Positions 16,798 through 20,000 of a stretch of 20,000 nt of DNA are shown here, in pieces (position 1 is the first letter of the stretch; every line of letters begins with the position of its first letter). The stretch lies in IMG/VR virus record IMGVR_UViG_3300042881_004667, one strand, 5' to 3'. The notes under the pieces were generated by a model that worked only from the letters and a program-made list of their open reading frames with translations, did no database searches and was not told where the DNA came from. The position numbers and the translations under genes are program-made. Source of the DNA: an uncultured virus (IMG/VR IMGVR_UViG_3300042881_004667) (taxonomy: Duplodnaviria > Heunggongvirae > Uroviricota > Caudoviricetes).

Positions 16798-18810
16798 ATG
16801 GCGTACGGCACAATTAAGGTTGATACAATCACCTTTACTGATGGTGGTGTTGATAAAAGCGTTTCAGTTTCTGGTTTAGTTGAGAATCCTACCTTTACAG
16901 GAAACGTAACAGCAACAGATACTATCTCTGGGGACATCTTACGAGGCCAAACAATTTCAGGTGTTACCGTTACTGGTACCACTGCAAACTTTACTAGCGG
17001 TAACTTTATTAATATCAGCGGTGGTACTCATACCATTACATCGGGTGTATTTGCGTCAGGTACTGCAGCAAATCCATCGATTAGTTTTGTATTAGACCCA
17101 AATTCTGGACTGTACTCCCCCGGCGCAGACCAAGTAGCCATCTCGACTGGTGGGTCTGGGAAGATTTTCATTGCCGCAGATGGAAAGCTTGGGGTACTAA
17201 CAGCATCTCCAACCACTGCTTTAGATGTTGCGGGCGGGATTTCTGGAACTGGAGCCTTAAATATCAGCGGTGGGGGATGGGGTGTCTTGTCTTATGTCGC
17301 CAACTCTTTTGTTGTTGATAGCGTTCCAGGACAAACGCGAATATTCGCAACCGGAACTGATGCTTCAACTCACGGCAATCTTCTTTTCTTTACGGGCACA
17401 ACTAATGGCACTGCTGCCGAGCGCCTCCGCATCACATCGGACGGGAGACTAGGTCTGGGGACTAGTATTCCTGGCAGCTTTAGTGCAGCGGCAAACCAAC
17501 TTGTTGTTGGCTCTGGCAGTGGTGCAAGCGGAGTAACAATTTTTTCAGGCTCCGCAAGTGCTTCAAATATCTTCTTCTCAGATAGTACAGCTTCTCCGAG
17601 TGTTGGATTTATACAATATGAACACACCACAGATGCGTTAAGACTTGGAACTAATGATGGAACAAGGCTTTACATTGATTCCTCAGGCCGAGTAGGGATT
17701 GGCACTACGGCGTCTCCGGTTGGTGCATCAATCAAACTGACACTTGATGGCTCAAACGGTGGCGGCATTGAACTTGTTTCTGCTAACAATGGCGGAGGAG
17801 CACTTGTTCCATCAGCAGGTGGCGGAATTCAGTTTTATACACATACCGGAGCTGTTGGATCTGAGTCTTATTCCGAACGCGCCCGCATCGACAGCTCCGG
17901 CAGGTTGTTAGTTGGCACGTCTACGAGCGCTAGCGCTGGCGATTCGCAATACTCCAAGCTGCAGATACGTGGCAACACATCAGGAAATCCACAACTTGGG
18001 ATCATCTCAATTCAAAGAGATGAAGCGGCATCTGCTATTACCACCGGCGAAGGCATTGGTGAGATTGTATTTACAGACAATGCCGGCAATACTTTTGCCG
18101 CTGTTGTTTGTGAAGCCGATGCAAACGCCGGTTCGGGTGACTATCCAGGGAGACTAACGTTCTCCACTACCGCCGACGGAGCGAGCAGCCCGACGGAGCG
18201 GATGAGGATTGGGAGTAACGGATATGTTCAATTTTCGGAAACAGGAACATACAGTCCTGACGCTACCAGTGGTTGGCACAAGTTTTACCAGTCTGCCGAT
18301 CAAAGGTGCATTCAGACCTACAGTACTAGCAGCACATTTACAAATTACTCGCTTATTCAATACATTGCTGCCGGGGGCGGCACAGGGTCCGGGTTTGCTT
18401 CTGGATATAGCGACAATGGCTCTATTCAACGCTACATTATCTTCTCAAATGGAAATATCCAAAACACAAACAATAGCTACGCGGGTATCTCGGACATCAA
18501 GTTAAAAGAAAACATTGCAGATGCAAACTCGCAATGGCTGGACATTAAGTCGTTACAAGTTCGCAACTACAATCTTAAGCACAGTCCCGGTCATCGACAA
18601 ATCGGAGTCATTGCCCAAGAAATTGAGCAGATTTCGCCTGGCTTGGTCTACGAGACCCCCGACCGCGACGAAGAAGGCAACGACCTTGGCACCGTCACCA
18701 AGAGCGTCAATTATTCGGTGCTCTACATGAAGGCAGTGAAGGCGCTGCAGGAAGCAATGGAGCGGATCGAAACGCTTGAGGCCGATGTAGCTGCACTCAA
18801 GACGTCGTAA
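16798..18810 (+). CDS. Tail fibre protein with a C-terminal intramolecular chaperone (Peptidase S74)
   Basis: Repeated ER.RI.S.GR.GIGT modules; SDIKLKENI...IGVIAQEIE...SVNYSVL...KALQEAMERIETLE matches the ICA cleavage site and coiled coil. Confidence 0.9.
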   Translation: MAYGTIKVDTITFTDGGVDKSVSVSGLVENPTFTGNVTATDTISGDILRGQTISGVTVTGTTANFTSGNFINISGGTHTITSGVFASGTAANPSISFVLDPNSGLYSPGADQVAISTGGSGKIFIAADGKLGVLTASPTTALDVAGGISGTGALNISGGGWGVLSYVANSFVVDSVPGQTRIFATGTDASTHGNLLFFTGTTNGTAAERLRITSDGRLGLGTSIPGSFSAAANQLVVGSGSGASGVTIFSGSASASNIFFSDSTASPSVGFIQYEHTTDALRLGTNDGTRLYIDSSGRVGIGTTASPVGASIKLTLDGSNGGGIELVSANNGGGALVPSAGGGIQFYTHTGAVGSESYSERARIDSSGRLLVGTSTSASAGDSQYSKLQIRGNTSGNPQLGIISIQRDEAASAITTGEGIGEIVFTDNAGNTFAAVVCEADANAGSGDYPGRLTFSTTADGASSPTERMRIGSNGYVQFSETGTYSPDATSGWHKFYQSADQRCIQTYSTSSTFTNYSLIQYIAAGGGTGSGFASGYSDNGSIQRYIIFSNGNIQNTNNSYAGISDIKLKENIADANSQWLDIKSLQVRNYNLKHSPGHRQIGVIAQEIEQISPGLVYETPDRDEEGNDLGTVTKSVNYSVLYMKAVKALQEAMERIETLEADVAALKTS

Positions 18811-18848
18811 CCCTACTCCCATCGAGGCGTGGCTTGGTATAGTAGATA

Positions 18849-19090
18849 AGTTCCCGCTCTGCCATTTGCATCGGGATTAAGTCCCTGTCAACAGGGCCTC
18901 ATCGGGTTTACCGAGGCTGACTCTCCGTAGGCAGTCCCCCGATGCGACAAGATCAGCGGTCGCGGATTCGCCAAGACTGCCGAGGTAGCCGAGCCCCTGG
19001 GAAACCGGGGGCTTTGGTGTGCTTGGGCGAATTCCTTGACCTGCGTGGTAGGGTGGGTGGGCAGGCGTGCGTCAACACCCTGCCCTGGCC
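18849..19090 (+). ncRNA. Candidate structured non-coding RNA or regulatory leader, family unassigned
   Basis: GC-rich intergenic region after TATAGT (18838-18843) with several nested stems, e.g. TTGCATCGGG/CCCGATGCGA, CCCTG/CAGGG, GACT/AGTC, GGATTCGCCAAG/CTTGGGCGAATTCC and GGGCAGG/CCTGCCC. Confidence 0.55.
18992..19015 (+). terminator. GAAA-loop hairpin, either a weak terminator or part of the RNA structure
   Basis: AGCCCCTGG-GAAA-CCGGGGGCT followed by TT; near-identical to the hairpin at 107-124 but with a short T tail. Confidence 0.5.
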
Positions 19091-19107
19091 ACGATCCCCT
19101 AGAGACC

Positions 19108-19323
19108 ATGACCCAACAAGATTACCCCAAGCTCACGCCTACCGAATGGCTTGAGCAGCGTGAAACTCACATGGAGAAGCATTCCGCGTGGGTTAAAGAT
19201 GGCGTTGTAATAATGGCAAACAACTGCGATCCGTATTACACGGAAGCATTTGAAACCCGCGAAGAGGTAGAGCGCTTTATTGCTTACCTGCTTCAGAAGG
19301 CTGATGAAGCTTGGCCAAACTGA
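19108..19323 (+). CDS. Small hypothetical protein (71 aa)
   Basis: ATG 19108 (MTQQDYPK...) is more plausible than TTG 19036, which lies within the structured region. Confidence 0.65.
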   Translation: MTQQDYPKLTPTEWLEQRETHMEKHSAWVKDGVVIMANNCDPYYTEAFETREEVERFIAYLLQKADEAWPN

Positions 19324-19341
19324 GTAACCATTACCACTTCT

Positions 19342-19593
19342 ATGTCTGAACTTTCACCCCAAGCTCAAGAGGTGTTCTGGGCGTTTAACCAAGCAGCCAG
19401 CGGCAAGCCTGATGACTGGCACTATCTGCCTGCCATTGCCGCCGCCCTGCGAGCTGCTGCGGATCAGGTGGTGCCGGACGACAAGCCCAGCTCCTTCTTA
19501 CCTGGCACACCGCAGGCATTTGCGATTCAACGACGCACAACGCGCCGCCAACTCCTCACCATCGCCGCCGAGCTAGAAAGCTTCGCTCAATAG
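19342..19593 (+). CDS. Small hypothetical phage protein
   Basis: 83 aa with an LSPQAQ.V...IAAALRAAADQV...LLTIAAELE pattern. Confidence 0.7.
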   Translation: MSELSPQAQEVFWAFNQAASGKPDDWHYLPAIAAALRAAADQVVPDDKPSSFLPGTPQAFAIQRRTTRRQLLTIAAELESFAQ

Positions 19594-19607
19594 TCACCTT
19601 TATTTCT

Positions 19608-19748
19608 ATGCTTGTCCCACTGACCCCAGAAGAAAACGAGCGACGTTTTAAAGAGTGTATGGAGTGGATCCACAATCTCACCCGCGAAGAGCTGGTTGGA
19701 TTGATGGGCGAAGAGTGGCTTGAAGACTATCGCCGCCAGTTTCCTTAG
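19608..19748 (+). CDS. Small hypothetical protein (46 aa), absent from the ORF track
   Basis: MLVPLTPEENERRFKECMEWIHNLTREELVGLMGEEWLEDYRRQFP*; it has the same TTCTATG start context as 19342. Confidence 0.6.
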   Translation: MLVPLTPEENERRFKECMEWIHNLTREELVGLMGEEWLEDYRRQFP

Positions 19749-19797
19749 TTACTTTCATTGATCACCCCTGGTAAAATAAAAGAAAATATCATTAACT

Positions 19798-20000
19798 ATG
19801 GCCAACACTGTTTGGGATATTGCTAACCTCGAACGTCATCTTCCTGATGGTGACACCTGTCCTGATGGCGCTGTATACACCGTCCATTGGACCGCATCCC
19901 TGGAAGAAGACGGTGAAACTGCCGGTTGTTACGGCAGCGTTGGCCTTGGTGAACCCGACCCTGATAACTTCACTCCTTTTAGTGAACTCACTAAAGAAGA
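19798..20000 (+). CDS. Phage protein, tail-fibre-associated type (5' part only; runs off the window end)
   Basis: MANTVWDIANLERHLPDG...GAVYTVHW.....DGETAGCYGSVGL...DNFTPFSELT, preceded by TAAAAT at 19772-19777. Confidence 0.7.
   Translation, partial: MANTVWDIANLERHLPDGDTCPDGAVYTVHWTASLEEDGETAGCYGSVGLGEPDPDNFTPFSELTKE

Noticed and set aside
15318..17630. Several antisense ORFs rich in V/P/T
   Set aside because: They are mirror frames of the repetitive tail fibre codons, with no independent coding signal.
18866..18947. tRNA gene or hammerhead ribozyme
   Set aside because: It is cloverleaf-like but has no TTCG T-loop, canonical D-loop or 7-nt anticodon loop, and no CTGANGA...GAAA core.
18888..19154. 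ORFs 18888-19109 (-), 18942-19154 (+) and the TTG start at 19036
   Set aside because: These R/P/G-rich translations are typical of GC-rich structured non-coding DNA. The RNA interpretation fits better, though it is unproven.
1..20000. Stop-codon reassignment
   Set aside because: Genes are intact and densely packed under the standard bacterial code, and TAA, TAG and TGA all end plausible genes.

Overview
This window is a gene-dense fragment of a tailed dsDNA phage genome, most likely a cyanophage. The host inference rests on an NblA-like gene, promoters with a -10 box but no evident -35, and cyanophage-style small genes. From left to right it holds: a + strand virion/morphogenesis block (an M23-like protein, a probable head-tail adaptor, a lytic transglycosylase, structural proteins, a split-SWIM protein and a large repeat protein); two HNH endonucleases; a GH24 endolysin; an NblA-like gene; a mostly - strand nucleotide/DNA block (DUF3310, dCTP deaminase, a degenerate adenine methyltransferase-like gene, an HTH protein); two tail fibre genes, the second ending in an S74 chaperone; a structured GC-rich intergenic region of about 240 nt (candidate ncRNA or switch); and a run of small cassette-like ORFs. 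The most notable observations are the candidate structured RNA, the nested AAAA-BBBB repeat architecture, an apparently circularly permuted M23 peptidase that shares a C-terminal tag with the transglycosylase, promoter-plus-hairpin units before the three potentially toxic genes, and the NblA-like gene. All family calls come from motif recognition by eye; no database searches were run.
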